DNA from: a virus
Lineage: Duplodnaviria; Caudoviricetes
Reading direction: 5' to 3' (one strand)
IMG/VR virus record: IMGVR_UViG_3300051215_000040
Location: 1-54,326 of that record
Length of the DNA stretch: 54,326 bases
Part shown: positions 37,298 through 45,710 of the stretch, one piece after another
Layout of the letters: every line of letters begins with the position of its first letter
Position numbering within the stretch: the first letter of the stretch is position 1
Made by a program: the position numbers and the translations under genes
Notes under the pieces: generated by a model
Seen by the model: the letters and a program-made list of their open reading frames with translations, nothing else
The model's database searches: none
Told to the model about the DNA's origin: nothing

Positions 37298-37466
37298 GGT
37301 CGAACGCGACCTTGTTGCGCGTGTCCAGGATGATGCGCAGGTGCTCAGCCGCCGCCGTCTGGCCGTCCAGCTCGGCGCGCTTGATGGCGTCGGTTAATTC
37401 CTGCACCGATCGCGTCCAGTGCAGGCCGGGGCCTAAGATGGCCCGGATGTAGGTCCAGGGGCTCAC
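37293..37466 (-). CDS. Hypothetical protein
   Basis: GTG start overlapping the upstream stop. Confidence 0.55.
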   Translation of the reverse strand: MSPWTYIRAILGPGLHWTRSVQELTDAIKRAELDGQTAAAEHLRIILDTRNKVAFDQ

Positions 37467-37678
37467 TGGTTTTTCTCGCGGAGCTTGTCTTGGATAAGCT
37501 GCCAAAGAATGACCGGAACCGTGGCGTTTGGGGCGCTCATGATGATGTCCTCAAACTCTTTGTCCGTTAGTCCGGCAAACCGTTTTTTTTCCAACCGCTC
37601 ATTGCGAGCCCGCAGCAGCCGGTTCTCGCGGTCCAGCTCGGCGACCAGCATGTCGAGGTTTTGTTCGTCGGGTGTCAT
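37463..37678 (-). CDS. Hypothetical protein
   Basis: GLTDxE...KLREKN motif common in small phage early proteins. Confidence 0.65.
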   Translation of the reverse strand: MTPDEQNLDMLVAELDRENRLLRARNERLEKKRFAGLTDKEFEDIIMSAPNATVPVILWQLIQDKLREKNQ

Positions 37679-37680
37679 TT

Positions 37681-38202
37681 TTAGAGCTCCATTACGGTAA
37701 CGTCGTGCGGCTTCTTCTTGCCCGCCAAAATTTCATGAATGCGCCGCTCGGTTTCGCGGTGCGCCTTGATCATGGTGCGCGCTGGCAGCGCTTCGAGCAG
37801 GTCGCTGTAATCGGCCAGCACGCCACGCACGGCCTGGATGCCTGCGCCGTCCAAGCGAATGTTGCCGCCGTCTTTGTGGCGCTTTCCGGCCATGGCCATG
37901 GCGGTCACGGCGTCTTGCAGCAGGCCGCTGGCGTCGGTGATTTCGACCGGGTCGCCATCGCAGTCCAGCCACGGGCCGTTGTTGACCAGCGTCTCCATGA
38001 TGTTCACCGCGTCACTCACCACGCGCCAGTCATCGGTGGTGGGCGTCGGGGCCTTTTCCATGGCTTCGAGGCCGCCGTGCATGCGCGTGAGCTGGTGGCG
38101 GCGAAGCTCCTCGGGCAGCGGCTGCAAGGGACTGGCCATCATGACGTCCAAGAGGCTGTAGCGGTACACGTAGACCGTTTTTGGGGGCTTGCGTTTTTTC
38201 AT
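37681..38202 (-). CDS. Hypothetical protein
   Basis: 173 aa helical ORF in a tightly packed minus-strand operon. Confidence 0.7.
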   Translation of the reverse strand: MKKRKPPKTVYVYRYSLLDVMMASPLQPLPEELRRHQLTRMHGGLEAMEKAPTPTTDDWRVVSDAVNIMETLVNNGPWLDCDGDPVEITDASGLLQDAVTAMAMAGKRHKDGGNIRLDGAGIQAVRGVLADYSDLLEALPARTMIKAHRETERRIHEILAGKKKPHDVTVMEL

Positions 38203-38438
38203 AAACCTGCGAGTTTGTTGGCGGCTCGGTGCAGCCGCGCGTTGAACCAGCGCCTGATCGCATAGCTGCGCACCAGGCTAATGATGGTGAACCAAGCGCC
38301 GATCGCCAGGTTGTCGGACAGTGGCAGGTGAATGCCAAACATCGGAAAGATCGCCAGCTGGCTGGCCAGCGCCACGCCGTAGCCGATGACCACGTTGAAC
38401 ACGGACTCAATCAGCGAGGCGGTGCGGGACTGGTTCAT
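38199..38438 (-). CDS. Two-TM membrane protein (QSR..SL.E..NV..G...RSY..RR.FN family)
   Basis: Two hydrophobic helices and a recognisable conserved phage motif. Confidence 0.75.
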   Translation of the reverse strand: MNQSRTASLIESVFNVVIGYGVALASQLAIFPMFGIHLPLSDNLAIGAWFTIISLVRSYAIRRWFNARLHRAANKLAGL

Positions 38439-38554
38439 TTGAGCCACGCTGAAACGGCGTAAAAGATGCAAAAAATACCAGTGAGCCAGTGCTTGCCCAG
38501 CCATGCGGCCAAGAACACGTTACTGGTCAGCAGGGCGAGCTGGGCGTCGGTCAT
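38435..38554 (-). CDS. Small hydrophobic peptide
   Basis: 39 aa; ATGA overlaps on both sides. Confidence 0.5.
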   Translation of the reverse strand: MTDAQLALLTSNVFLAAWLGKHWLTGIFCIFYAVSAWLK

Positions 38555-38859
38555 TTCGGCTCCACCAGGTATTTCTTGACCTCTTCGTACAAGTCGTTGC
38601 GCGCGTGGTTGTCGGCCTCTTGCACGGTCCAGCCTGCATAGCGCATCTCGTTTTCGCAACGCTTCAGCAGCTCATGCATCTCGCGCAAGCAGTCCGCAGC
38701 CTTGCCATGCAACGGCCACTGCAATGTCTTCTCCAGCATGGCGGCGAGGCCCAGAGGCTTTGGCATTTTGCCAACGCGCATCAGCTCTGCGGTGTCTTCT
38801 TCGCTGGCGTAAGGGTCGAAATGATCGCCAGCCTTTTGGAATGTGGTGGGAATGCTCAT
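38551..38859 (-). CDS. Hypothetical protein
   Basis: AGGAG RBS; coupled ORF. Confidence 0.65.
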   Translation of the reverse strand: MSIPTTFQKAGDHFDPYASEEDTAELMRVGKMPKPLGLAAMLEKTLQWPLHGKAADCLREMHELLKRCENEMRYAGWTVQEADNHARNDLYEEVKKYLVEPK

Positions 38860-39068
38860 TTGTTTTCTCCTGTGCTTTTTGCGTCCTCGAACATCCAGTC
38901 CTCGACGTCTTGTTGGCGGTAGCGAACGTGCCCACGTGGGCCGCCGCCGAGCTTGATGAACTTTGGCCCCCGGCCTTGCATGCGCCAGTTCTCAAGGGTG
39001 CCAGGTGAAATCTTGATCAACTGGGAAACCTCCTGCGGCGTCAGCATCTGGTTTTCAAACTTCTCCAT
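38856..39068 (-). CDS. Excisionase/AlpA-like HTH DNA-binding protein
   Basis: LTPQEVS..I.IS.GTLENWR..GRGPKFIKLG...VRY...DVEDW. Confidence 0.85.
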   Translation of the reverse strand: MEKFENQMLTPQEVSQLIKISPGTLENWRMQGRGPKFIKLGGGPRGHVRYRQQDVEDWMFEDAKSTGENK

Positions 39069-39109
39069 ATTGCTCTCCAGGTGGGCCGCCCGAAGACGGC
39101 CCGGGGTTA

Positions 39110-39298
39110 TCACTCAGCTGCGGGTGCGGGTGCGGGTGCGGCGGCTGCCTGCTCCTGCGCGGCCTGGACCTGCGCAGCGGCTTGCTTTTCCAGGTTGTTC
39201 AGGAACACCCAGGCGTTGGACTTCGTTGGCAGGTCGCCCAGCACGGAGCGCACAAAGTTGTACTCGTCAGGGGTCAGTTCGAATTTCAGGGTTTGCAT
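39110..39298 (-). CDS. Hypothetical protein
   Basis: Short helical ORF with Ala/Pro tail; start uncertain (39298 or 39310). Confidence 0.55.
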   Translation of the reverse strand: MQTLKFELTPDEYNFVRSVLGDLPTKSNAWVFLNNLEKQAAAQVQAAQEQAAAAPAPAPAAE

Positions 39299-39306
39299 GG
39301 TTTCTC

Positions 39307-40116
39307 TCACTTGGGGTTGTATGTGCCCAGCAGGACGGGCACGGTTTTTACGGTTTCGCGGACCAGGTCGGCCAGCTCGGTTGCCATTTCCTCTTCGTGT
39401 TGCTCCAGATTCTGGACACGCAAAGTGATGGTTGGTTTGTCGCCGCCGGTGCGAACGCCAAGGCGCAACACAAACAGGCGCGATGCAAGGCCGTGGTACG
39501 GCACGGTCTCGAAATACACCAGCGTCGGCAGCGGCTCAGTGCTGGTCGCCTGGATGCTCTCGAAGGCGCTGCGGCTGGCCGCGTGCTGCTTCTCGGTGTT
39601 CTCCATCTTGCGCATGGACTCGATGGTGACCTTGCGCACGGCGGCAATGGCTTTGGGCACGGGGATGGTGCCATCGTCGTTGAAGCAGGTGACCATGCTG
39701 GGCCAGTCCTCCAAGAACTCGGCGATGGTTTGCTGGCTATGGCCCTGGCCACCAGCGACCGCCAGCATGGCCAAGAAAGCGGCCGTGCGGCGGGCTTCGA
39801 GCACAGCCAGGTTGTCGGCCTGGCCCGGCTCTGTTGGGTCGCCGAGGTTGAGCACCGCTGTGGCGGCCATCGCTTGCGCGTTGACGAACACTGTGGCCCC
39901 TGCCTCTGCGTGTGTGCCCACGTACTCAGAGAACGACTGCAGGGTGTTGGTTTTCATCACGCCAATTGCGCGGCGGCGAAAGGTCTGGTGTTTTTCCAGA
40001 TCGTGCAGCTTGAAGTCGCTGGGCAGCGCGGTAAAAAAGCTGGCCGCCACACTGGTGTTGGCTGCGCTGATGGCCTCTGACATTTGCAGGGCTTCGATGG
40101 CTTGTTTGTCAATCAT
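39307..40116 (-). CDS. DUF2303/YfdQ-family protein
   Basis: LPSDF.LHDLE, LNLG...PG.AD..A.L, SQQ..AEFLEDW, SRSAFESI and PYHGL motifs. Confidence 0.85.
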   Translation of the reverse strand: MIDKQAIEALQMSEAISAANTSVAASFFTALPSDFKLHDLEKHQTFRRRAIGVMKTNTLQSFSEYVGTHAEAGATVFVNAQAMAATAVLNLGDPTEPGQADNLAVLEARRTAAFLAMLAVAGGQGHSQQTIAEFLEDWPSMVTCFNDDGTIPVPKAIAAVRKVTIESMRKMENTEKQHAASRSAFESIQATSTEPLPTLVYFETVPYHGLASRLFVLRLGVRTGGDKPTITLRVQNLEQHEEEMATELADLVRETVKTVPVLLGTYNPK

Positions 40117-40126
40117 GTGGGGCCCC

Positions 40127-40483
40127 TTAGACCAGCTCACCCTGCTTGCCCATCAGCGATGGCTGAGCGAGCGAGAGAGCGCCGTACTTGCCAACGTGCA
40201 GGACGGTGGCGCGTTTTTCTTCTTCGCCAGACTTGCCGTCCAGCGTGGGCTTGACGAATTTGAGCGTGTGCTCGCAGCGCACCTGGCCGGTACCGGGAAT
40301 CTGGGAAAAAGACAGTTTGATGTTGACCTCGCCGACCTTGTCGTGGTCGGTGCAGGCTGCGGCCACCTGGGACAGGGCAATGGAGAGCTTGCGCTCAAAA
40401 ATGCCGCCGTCCAGATCGGTGAAGAGCTCGGACACGTCGGTTGCCGCTGCAACGCTGATGGGGGATGGTTTGTTGTCGCTCAT
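40127..40483 (-). CDS. YfdP-like partner of the DUF2303 protein
   Basis: TDV..LF.DLDGG.FE.KLS.ALS.VA...H.L....PT..G...EE....T.LHV...G.LS; adjacent to DUF2303. Confidence 0.7.
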   Translation of the reverse strand: MSDNKPSPISVAAATDVSELFTDLDGGIFERKLSIALSQVAAACTDHDKVGEVNIKLSFSQIPGTGQVRCEHTLKFVKPTLDGKSGEEEKRATVLHVGKYGALSLAQPSLMGKQGELV

Positions 40484-40504
40484 GATGGGCTCCTGGGTGA
40501 AAAT

Positions 40505-40741
40505 TTAGGACACAGCGCGAAGGACGCGCTCAAGGGATGGCTTTGAAAGGCCGGTCAGCATTCGCTCGACACTTGAATGGCGTGGAATCTGGCGCTCTTG
40601 CGAGACGGCCTTGATAAGCCCGGCGGTGTTGACAGAAAAGTCCATCTGCCCAGTGGCGGGGTTCATGAAGCGAGTTGTGATCGCCTCCTTGATAGCTCGA
40701 ACAGGCTTATGTGTTGATGGGGGTGAAATGCTGCGTCTCAT
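40505..40741 (-). CDS. Hypothetical protein
   Basis: AGGAG RBS; 78 aa basic. Confidence 0.5.
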   Translation of the reverse strand: MRRSISPPSTHKPVRAIKEAITTRFMNPATGQMDFSVNTAGLIKAVSQERQIPRHSSVERMLTGLSKPSLERVLRAVS

Positions 40742-40756
40742 GTGAAGCTCCTGGGT

Positions 40757-40966
40757 TTAAATGGCGTCAGCGTTGTCGTTGTTGGCAACGCGCTCGATGG
40801 GCACACCGGCCTCGACATAATCGCCGACGTCAGCAGTGCTGGGGTTCTCAATCGAAAAGCGGTCCTTGATCAGGTGGCGCAGCACTTGGGCTTTGCTGCC
40901 TGCGCGGACAAGGCGAATGTTGTCCTCGTTGCCGATCTCTTTGATGAGGTAAATGCGGTATTCCAT
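40757..40966 (-). CDS. Hypothetical protein
   Basis: AGGAG RBS; RIY...RLVRA....Q.LRH motif. Confidence 0.7.
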   Translation of the reverse strand: MEYRIYLIKEIGNEDNIRLVRAGSKAQVLRHLIKDRFSIENPSTADVGDYVEAGVPIERVANNDNADAI

Positions 40967-40995
40967 GGGGGGCTCCTGTGGGTTAAAAAATGGGT

Positions 40996-41061
40996 GGGGC
41001 TACTCGCTGCGTCTGAGGCTCATTGCCCATGGGACGTGTCCGCAGCATCCGCTTTCGCCCC
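40996..41061 (-). ncRNA. Structured RNA candidate downstream of recT
   Basis: Minus strand GGGGC-GAAAGCGGAU-GCUGCG...CGCAGC-GAGUA-GCCCC: two stems around a purine-rich GAA/AGUA internal loop. Confidence 0.55.
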
Positions 41062-41066
41062 AAAAC

Positions 41067-41918
41067 TTAGATGGGGCTGTCGTGCTCTTCGGCGGGCTGG
41101 CCAGCGTCCTGGTAGTCAGGATCCGGACGCGTCTCGGGCATGTCAATCACGCCGTCGTCATCCGATGCCTGCGCTGGGGCCTGTTCCGCGACCTTTTGCA
41201 AGCGGCTGGGGCGCTTGGCAGCCGATGGCTTTTCAGGCTCCTGTGCGGCCTCTGGCGCGGCCTGCTCGGGCATGAACAGCTCGTCGTCCTCTTTGATCAT
41301 GCCGTCGATGTCGGTGGAGAGCGGCAGGCGCTTGCTGTGGCGGCGCACCACGGTCTTCTTGGCCATCTCGGCGAAGTCCGTCTGCCAGGGGCCGGAGTTG
41401 CCCGAGCGGCTGCGGGCGCGGATGGCGTTGACGTCCTCGACGCTCATCACCTCGCGGGACTTCTCGCCGTCCTTCATGGTGACGATGGAGTAAACCGCGA
41501 TCAGTTTGCCCCGGTTGGAGAGCGAGGGCTTGTGCGTTATGTGCTCCTCATCGCCCAAGCAGAAATCAAACTGGTCGTTTTCGTAGACCGCCTGCACCGA
41601 CCAGGTGCTGATCTCGCCCGAGTTGCGCACCAGCTTCATGATGCCTGCAACCATCGGCATGAACTGCGCTTGGTTCTTGAAGGTGACGATCGCGCCCTCG
41701 CGGCCGTCTGGGAGCAAGCCCATCTGGCTGGCACGCATGGCCGATGCAAACAGCGTGCGGCGGTCGGCGTCCAGCAGGGAAGGGGTCATTTGCACAGCGG
41801 TCATCACGACGCGAACAAATCGCGCCGGGTCCACGTGCTTGGGAAGGGCCGCCGCAAACTGCGGCTGCATGGCGGTCAGCTGGTTGCGGACCTGGTCGAC
41901 AACGGTAAGTTGGCTCAT
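41067..41918 (-). CDS. recT: RecT-family single-strand annealing protein
   Basis: ALPKHV...RF.R, GL.PDG.EG.IV.F, VYEND.F, PW.TDF.EMAKKTV.RR..K.LPLS; acidic tail. Confidence 0.92.
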   Translation of the reverse strand: MSQLTVVDQVRNQLTAMQPQFAAALPKHVDPARFVRVVMTAVQMTPSLLDADRRTLFASAMRASQMGLLPDGREGAIVTFKNQAQFMPMVAGIMKLVRNSGEISTWSVQAVYENDQFDFCLGDEEHITHKPSLSNRGKLIAVYSIVTMKDGEKSREVMSVEDVNAIRARSRSGNSGPWQTDFAEMAKKTVVRRHSKRLPLSTDIDGMIKEDDELFMPEQAAPEAAQEPEKPSAAKRPSRLQKVAEQAPAQASDDDGVIDMPETRPDPDYQDAGQPAEEHDSPI

Positions 41919-42006
41919 CTTTTCTCCTGTGCTCCGGCCAATTCAGCCAGACTTAAAACCGGTGGCCGACCGGCGGCGGTGTTGCTTGTTTCCAAACAGT
42001 GTACCA

Positions 42007-42960
42007 TCACTTTGTGGGTTTGCGTGGGTAAACTCGCAAATTTCTGAAGCCTGCTCGGCCCCCGTAGGATGTGCCCACCATGTTCTCGGTGATCAGCGTT
42101 GGCGGCGTGTCGGCCTGCAGCGCGCAGCTCACGCTGAACTCGCTGGTGAGGACCTTCTCGGCGTCTCCGATGTGCTTGAAAATATTGGCCTTGGCGACGT
42201 CCTTGTCCTCCTTGGCGTTGGCCTCTGCCTTGGCTGCCGCCTTGTAATCCAGCAGCAGATCGCGCAGGGTTTCATCGCCATCGGCGCTCAGAATCTTGCC
42301 CGGCTTGGCATACTGATTCAAGCGAATGATCACCTCGGCGTCGCCTGGCATCACGGGCTCGGGCTCCTGCCCCTCGTCCACCGTGCGCCAGAAGTCGGCC
42401 ACCTTGGCTTTGATCGCGGCGATCACGTCCTCGTCGCGCAGGCGCTCGATCACCACGCCCCTGTTGCCAGCGATAAACGCGCCGATGAATGCGCGTTTGA
42501 AACCGCTCACAGCCATCTGGTGCTGGACCTGCATTTCAATGTGCTCGGGGGCCTCGATGCTGCCGTCCTCGTGCTCAATCCAGCCGTCGCGGAAGGCCAG
42601 GTAGTCCACGTTCTTGATTTCCAGATGCACCGGCTCGCCCAGGTTGGTGATCACGAAGTCAAACGAGCTGCCCATGCGCAGGTCCGGGTCGCGCAAGTAC
42701 TCCTTCATGGGCTTGACCTCCCAGCCCTGTTCTTCTGCGATGCCGTAGGCGATCGCGGCCTCCAGGCGGTTGCCCCACTTCATGCGGTCGTTGACGACAA
42801 ACTCGGGCACGATGCCCGTGCGCTTGCGGTGCCAAAGGTCGTAGTGCGTGAGGTAGGGGCTCATGCCAAAAAGCGCGGCGCTCTCGGTGCTGGTCACATC
42901 CAGCTTGCGCATGGCCAGCCAGTGCTCCTGGTTGCTGGGGACGATGATTTCAGTTGCCAT
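42007..42960 (-). CDS. YqaJ/lambda-Exo-family exonuclease
   Basis: WL..RK..V.STE.AA..G.SPY, WGN.LE, SSFD...LEIKN, QVQHQM.V; upstream of recT. Confidence 0.9.
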   Translation of the reverse strand: MATEIIVPSNQEHWLAMRKLDVTSTESAALFGMSPYLTHYDLWHRKRTGIVPEFVVNDRMKWGNRLEAAIAYGIAEEQGWEVKPMKEYLRDPDLRMGSSFDFVITNLGEPVHLEIKNVDYLAFRDGWIEHEDGSIEAPEHIEMQVQHQMAVSGFKRAFIGAFIAGNRGVVIERLRDEDVIAAIKAKVADFWRTVDEGQEPEPVMPGDAEVIIRLNQYAKPGKILSADGDETLRDLLLDYKAAAKAEANAKEDKDVAKANIFKHIGDAEKVLTSEFSVSCALQADTPPTLITENMVGTSYGGRAGFRNLRVYPRKPTK

Positions 42961-43387
42961 TTTGTTTCTCCATGTGTTCTCCGATTTGTGCTGCCGCGCG
43001 CACGATGGCGCGGCGGGTGGCGGCGTGGGGGTCTTCGCCCGGCTCTTCCGTTGCTGTGATCTCGCGCTCGTCAGCGTTGATTGGATGGTTTCCGTACAAA
43101 ACGTAGGCGGTGCGAATGTTTGTGTAGATAGTGATTCCCAAATCCACAGCCAGCCGTAGCGCGTCGCCGTCGTCGGTGAGGGGGTTCCAACCTGCTTCGG
43201 CGATTGCGTCGGCAAATGTCGGCTCCCGCAGCTTCTCGCCGGTATGTGGACAGTAAGCATGCCAGTAGTGGCAATGTGTGCTGCTCCTGCCTTCAGGCGA
43301 TGTGAGGTTCCAATAACCGTGCTTGCTTTGCCAGCCCATCCAGCCTGCCGCCTTCGCGGCCAGCGCCAGCAATTCGCGGTCACTCAT
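42950..43387 (-). CDS. Hypothetical phage protein
   Basis: DRELL.LAAKAAG...WNPLTDDGDALRLAV...ATRRAIVRAAA.IG, a common phage family. Confidence 0.75.
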   Translation of the reverse strand: MSDRELLALAAKAAGWMGWQSKHGYWNLTSPEGRSSTHCHYWHAYCPHTGEKLREPTFADAIAEAGWNPLTDDGDALRLAVDLGITIYTNIRTAYVLYGNHPINADEREITATEEPGEDPHAATRRAIVRAAAQIGEHMEKQNGN

Positions 43388-43586
43388 GGCCACCTCCAAA
43401 CAACGCCAGACCTGCGGATTCTGGAAACCTTGCCCCGTGCGCGGCCACCATGTTCTGGTCGATCACCTCGTTGAAGCCATCGCACGGCGCGATCCAGTAG
43501 CCGTGCTCGCCGTCATCCTGCGTGGCCTCAACGATGCCCACCAGGCCCTTGCCGCTGGTGAACCAGATTACTTTGTGAATTGTCAT
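43380..43586 (-). CDS. Hypothetical protein
   Basis: AAGGAG RBS within the GCTGAAAGGAGC hairpin (43592-43603). Confidence 0.7.
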   Translation of the reverse strand: MTIHKVIWFTSGKGLVGIVEATQDDGEHGYWIAPCDGFNEVIDQNMVAAHGARFPESAGLALFGGGHE

Positions 43587-43609
43587 TGGTTGCTCCTTTC
43601 AGCTACCTG

Positions 43610-43762
43610 TTAAAACGCTGGTATGTTCGCTCGCCACAAGAAAACATCAAGTCCTGCGACGATGAATCCAGACAAAAATACAACTATCTCGATCTTGTCG
43701 ATCAATGGCATGCGGTAAGTTGGGATTGGTTTTGCGGGGCCGGTGTAGGTGGTGCAAATCAC
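43610..43762 (-). CDS. 50-aa membrane peptide (not in ORF track)
   Basis: GTGA overlap; VICTTYTGP...IVVFLSGFIVAGLDVFLWR; fills the gap in the operon. Confidence 0.5.
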   Translation of the reverse strand: MICTTYTGPAKPIPTYRMPLIDKIEIVVFLSGFIVAGLDVFLWRANIPAF

Positions 43763-43965
43763 GCGCAGCTCCTTATGGTCATCAAGACCAACATCACGGC
43801 GATAAAACCACCCAGAATCCAGGCCAGCGTGTTACCAAAGTGGTCCGGCTGGCAGGTGCATTTTTGCCCGCTGGCGTCGTAGCCCATGCCACGGCAGTGA
43901 GGGCACTCCCGAATCGGGCAATCGCGGCCCTGGCGGCAGTTGCCGTATTCGTCACAGCAGTTCAT
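43759..43965 (-). CDS. Cys-rich protein with C-terminal TM helix
   Basis: CC....CRQGRDCP.R, CPHCRG.G; AAGGAG RBS. Confidence 0.65.
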   Translation of the reverse strand: MNCCDEYGNCRQGRDCPIRECPHCRGMGYDASGQKCTCQPDHFGNTLAWILGGFIAVMLVLMTIRSCA

Positions 43966-44057
43966 GGTTGCTCCTTGCATTTGTGGAATGGCATAACCCG
44001 ACCCAGCCAACCGATAAGTTCACCGCATTTCTGGCAACAATAAGACGGGGGCTTCAT
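43962..44057 (-). CDS. 31-aa Zn-finger-like peptide (not in ORF track)
   Basis: MKPPSYCCQKCGELIGWLGR...HKC; ATGA overlaps on both sides. Confidence 0.5.
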   Translation of the reverse strand: MKPPSYCCQKCGELIGWLGRVMPFHKCKEQP

Positions 44058-44662
44058 GCGTCCCCCTTGATGCCGTGGGCGGCTTCGTTACTGATGTCGC
44101 AAGCCTTATCGTGACCTTCCAGCCAAGAGACTTTTGTCATGTCCGATGACCAGCCGCTTGCCAACTTCTCAGTGTGAACCGAGATAAGTCCTTTATTGAC
44201 AGCCAAATCCCAAAGCACGGCTTTTATCTTTTGCTCATCCGTCAGCGGCTCCTGCTGTGCTGGTGGGGGTGTGAGATGTCGTTGCAAATAACTCAATCCC
44301 TGACTGCCGTATGCCTCCTGCACCACACGCTCAATCAAACAGGCGATGCACTCGCCTTCGCACTCAGGGTGATGCCATTTTTCAGGCTCTGGCGTGGGCA
44401 CAAACTCGTATATTTTTTCCGGTAACGCCACGGGCTTCTGCTCAGGCTCACGCGCCGGCAGGCTGTGGTACTCATGCGGCCCCGGCCCCCAGTCCTCCAT
44501 CAACCGCTCGTCTGACTTGGCCTCAAATTCAGCCATCACTTTGTGCATGGCACGCACAGCTGCATCCTCCAGAGTTTTGCGCATGTCACGCTTGATTGAT
44601 GCCAGGTGCGCTTGGGCACGGTCGATATGGTCGTCGTGGTTGTCGTGGTTTTCTTCAGTCAT
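44054..44662 (-). CDS. Hypothetical mosaic protein
   Basis: AGGAG RBS; QEPV / PLTDEQ / AAHGIKG linker motifs of phage early proteins. Confidence 0.65.
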   Translation of the reverse strand: MTEENHDNHDDHIDRAQAHLASIKRDMRKTLEDAAVRAMHKVMAEFEAKSDERLMEDWGPGPHEYHSLPAREPEQKPVALPEKIYEFVPTPEPEKWHHPECEGECIACLIERVVQEAYGSQGLSYLQRHLTPPPAQQEPLTDEQKIKAVLWDLAVNKGLISVHTEKLASGWSSDMTKVSWLEGHDKACDISNEAAHGIKGDA

Positions 44663-44895
44663 GTCTCGTCTCCTGTTTTGAACGCCGTCATTTCTGGGTT
44701 GTAGCGCGGCACCTGGATGGCCGTCATTCTGTTGACAGCCCTGTCCACGCTGGACTGCATCTGCTTTTGCATGCCGTCGATGAAGCCGGACTCGTAGGCC
44801 AGCGCCACCAGCTCGCGGACGTCTGGCGACATGGCCACGCCCTTGAGCTTCTCGGTGCGGAACTTTTCAAACGGGGAATCTTCTGGGGTGTACAT
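44659..44895 (-). CDS. Hypothetical protein
   Basis: AAGGAG RBS; TGATG coupling. Confidence 0.6.
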   Translation of the reverse strand: MYTPEDSPFEKFRTEKLKGVAMSPDVRELVALAYESGFIDGMQKQMQSSVDRAVNRMTAIQVPRYNPEMTAFKTGDET

Positions 44896-45029
44896 CACAC
44901 GGTCTCCTTCAAACTGCGCCGTCCTTGCAGAAATTTCAGCCAGCACTCGGCGCAAATCCAGCGCGTGGCCGTGAGAAAAATGCCGCCCTCTGGCAAGCGG
45001 CTACGGTTGCATTTTGTGCAATGGTTCAT
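44895..45029 (-). CDS. 44-aa Zn-finger peptide (not in ORF track)
   Basis: MNHCTKC...PEGG....RWICAECW; coupled on both sides. Confidence 0.6.
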   Translation of the reverse strand: MNHCTKCNRSRLPEGGIFLTATRWICAECWLKFLQGRRSLKETV

Positions 45030-45214
45030 TTGGTGTCCTGGATGCCCCGAAGGGCCTCGATCAGTTGTGGGATAACCCGCTCGTCAAGGTGAATGACGAC
45101 GCCAGGCATGCGGGCAAAAATCGCCATCTTCAGCAGGCCACCCTCACGCCAAAGCTCGGCGTAGGTTTTGCCGTTGTCCTGGTAGATCGTGGCTTTGGTT
45201 TCGCCGGAGGTCAT
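45026..45214 (-). CDS. Hypothetical protein
   Basis: ATGA-coupled ORF. Confidence 0.55.
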   Translation of the reverse strand: MTSGETKATIYQDNGKTYAELWREGGLLKMAIFARMPGVVIHLDERVIPQLIEALRGIQDTK

Positions 45215-45519
45215 TTGTCGTCCCTCACCAGCGGCTCGCCCATGAACGTGGGGGCTTGTTTCTCGTGCAGCTCATTCATGGCGGTCCGGTAGTCGCTGAG
45301 CGTTTGCATCGCCTCGTCGTACCAGGGACCGCTGTAGCGCGCCAGGACGCATTCGAGGTCCAGCGCTAGCCGATGGGCAAAGCGCTGGGCGACTTCATTC
45401 ATGGCCTCGCCAATCTGGTCAAACTCTGCATTGATGTCGACACGCGTTATTTTCATCACGCTGGTGCCGTTTTTAAACACATCGTCAAGCATTGCGTGAC
45501 ACATCTGTTCCGGCGTCAT
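45211..45519 (-). CDS. Hypothetical protein
   Basis: GGAGG RBS; coupled ORF. Confidence 0.6.
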   Translation of the reverse strand: MTPEQMCHAMLDDVFKNGTSVMKITRVDINAEFDQIGEAMNEVAQRFAHRLALDLECVLARYSGPWYDEAMQTLSDYRTAMNELHEKQAPTFMGEPLVRDDK

Positions 45520-45710
45520 TCGTCTGCCTCCATAAAGCTCACCGGCATGCAAACGCACGCCCGGTCCTTACTGTTGGCCACCACCACAAACGACTGGCGG
45601 TGCGGGTTGTGCGTCTGCTGCGGATGGTCCCACCAGCGTCTGCAGTTGCGGCAGTTTTCGTCGGGCTGCTGCGGGCGGCAGCGCGTGTAGTCGAAGGGTA
45701 GGGGGGTCAT
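45516..45710 (-). CDS. Small Cys-rich protein
   Basis: LPFD..RC......C.NC.R pattern; coupled. Confidence 0.6.
   Translation of the reverse strand: MTPLPFDYTRCRPQQPDENCRNCRRWWDHPQQTHNPHRQSFVVVANSKDRACVCMPVSFMEADE

Noticed and set aside
39119-39140. (GCGGGT)x3 microrepeat
   Set aside because: Encodes an Ala-Pro tail of a small ORF; too short to imply phase variation.
40996-41061. Hammerhead ribozyme or plain terminator
   Set aside because: No CUGANGA core on the strand carrying GAAA, and the large internal loops do not fit a simple terminator.
38953-43059. Long plus-strand ORFs opposite the early arm (38953-40080, 39182-40546, 40953-42047, 41605-43059)
   Set aside because: Antisense shadows of the DUF2303, recT and exonuclease genes.
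42961-43383. 141-aa N-terminal extension of the exonuclease ORF in the track
   Set aside because: Overlaps the separate 42950-43387 gene; the GGAG RBS and family start support ATG 42960.
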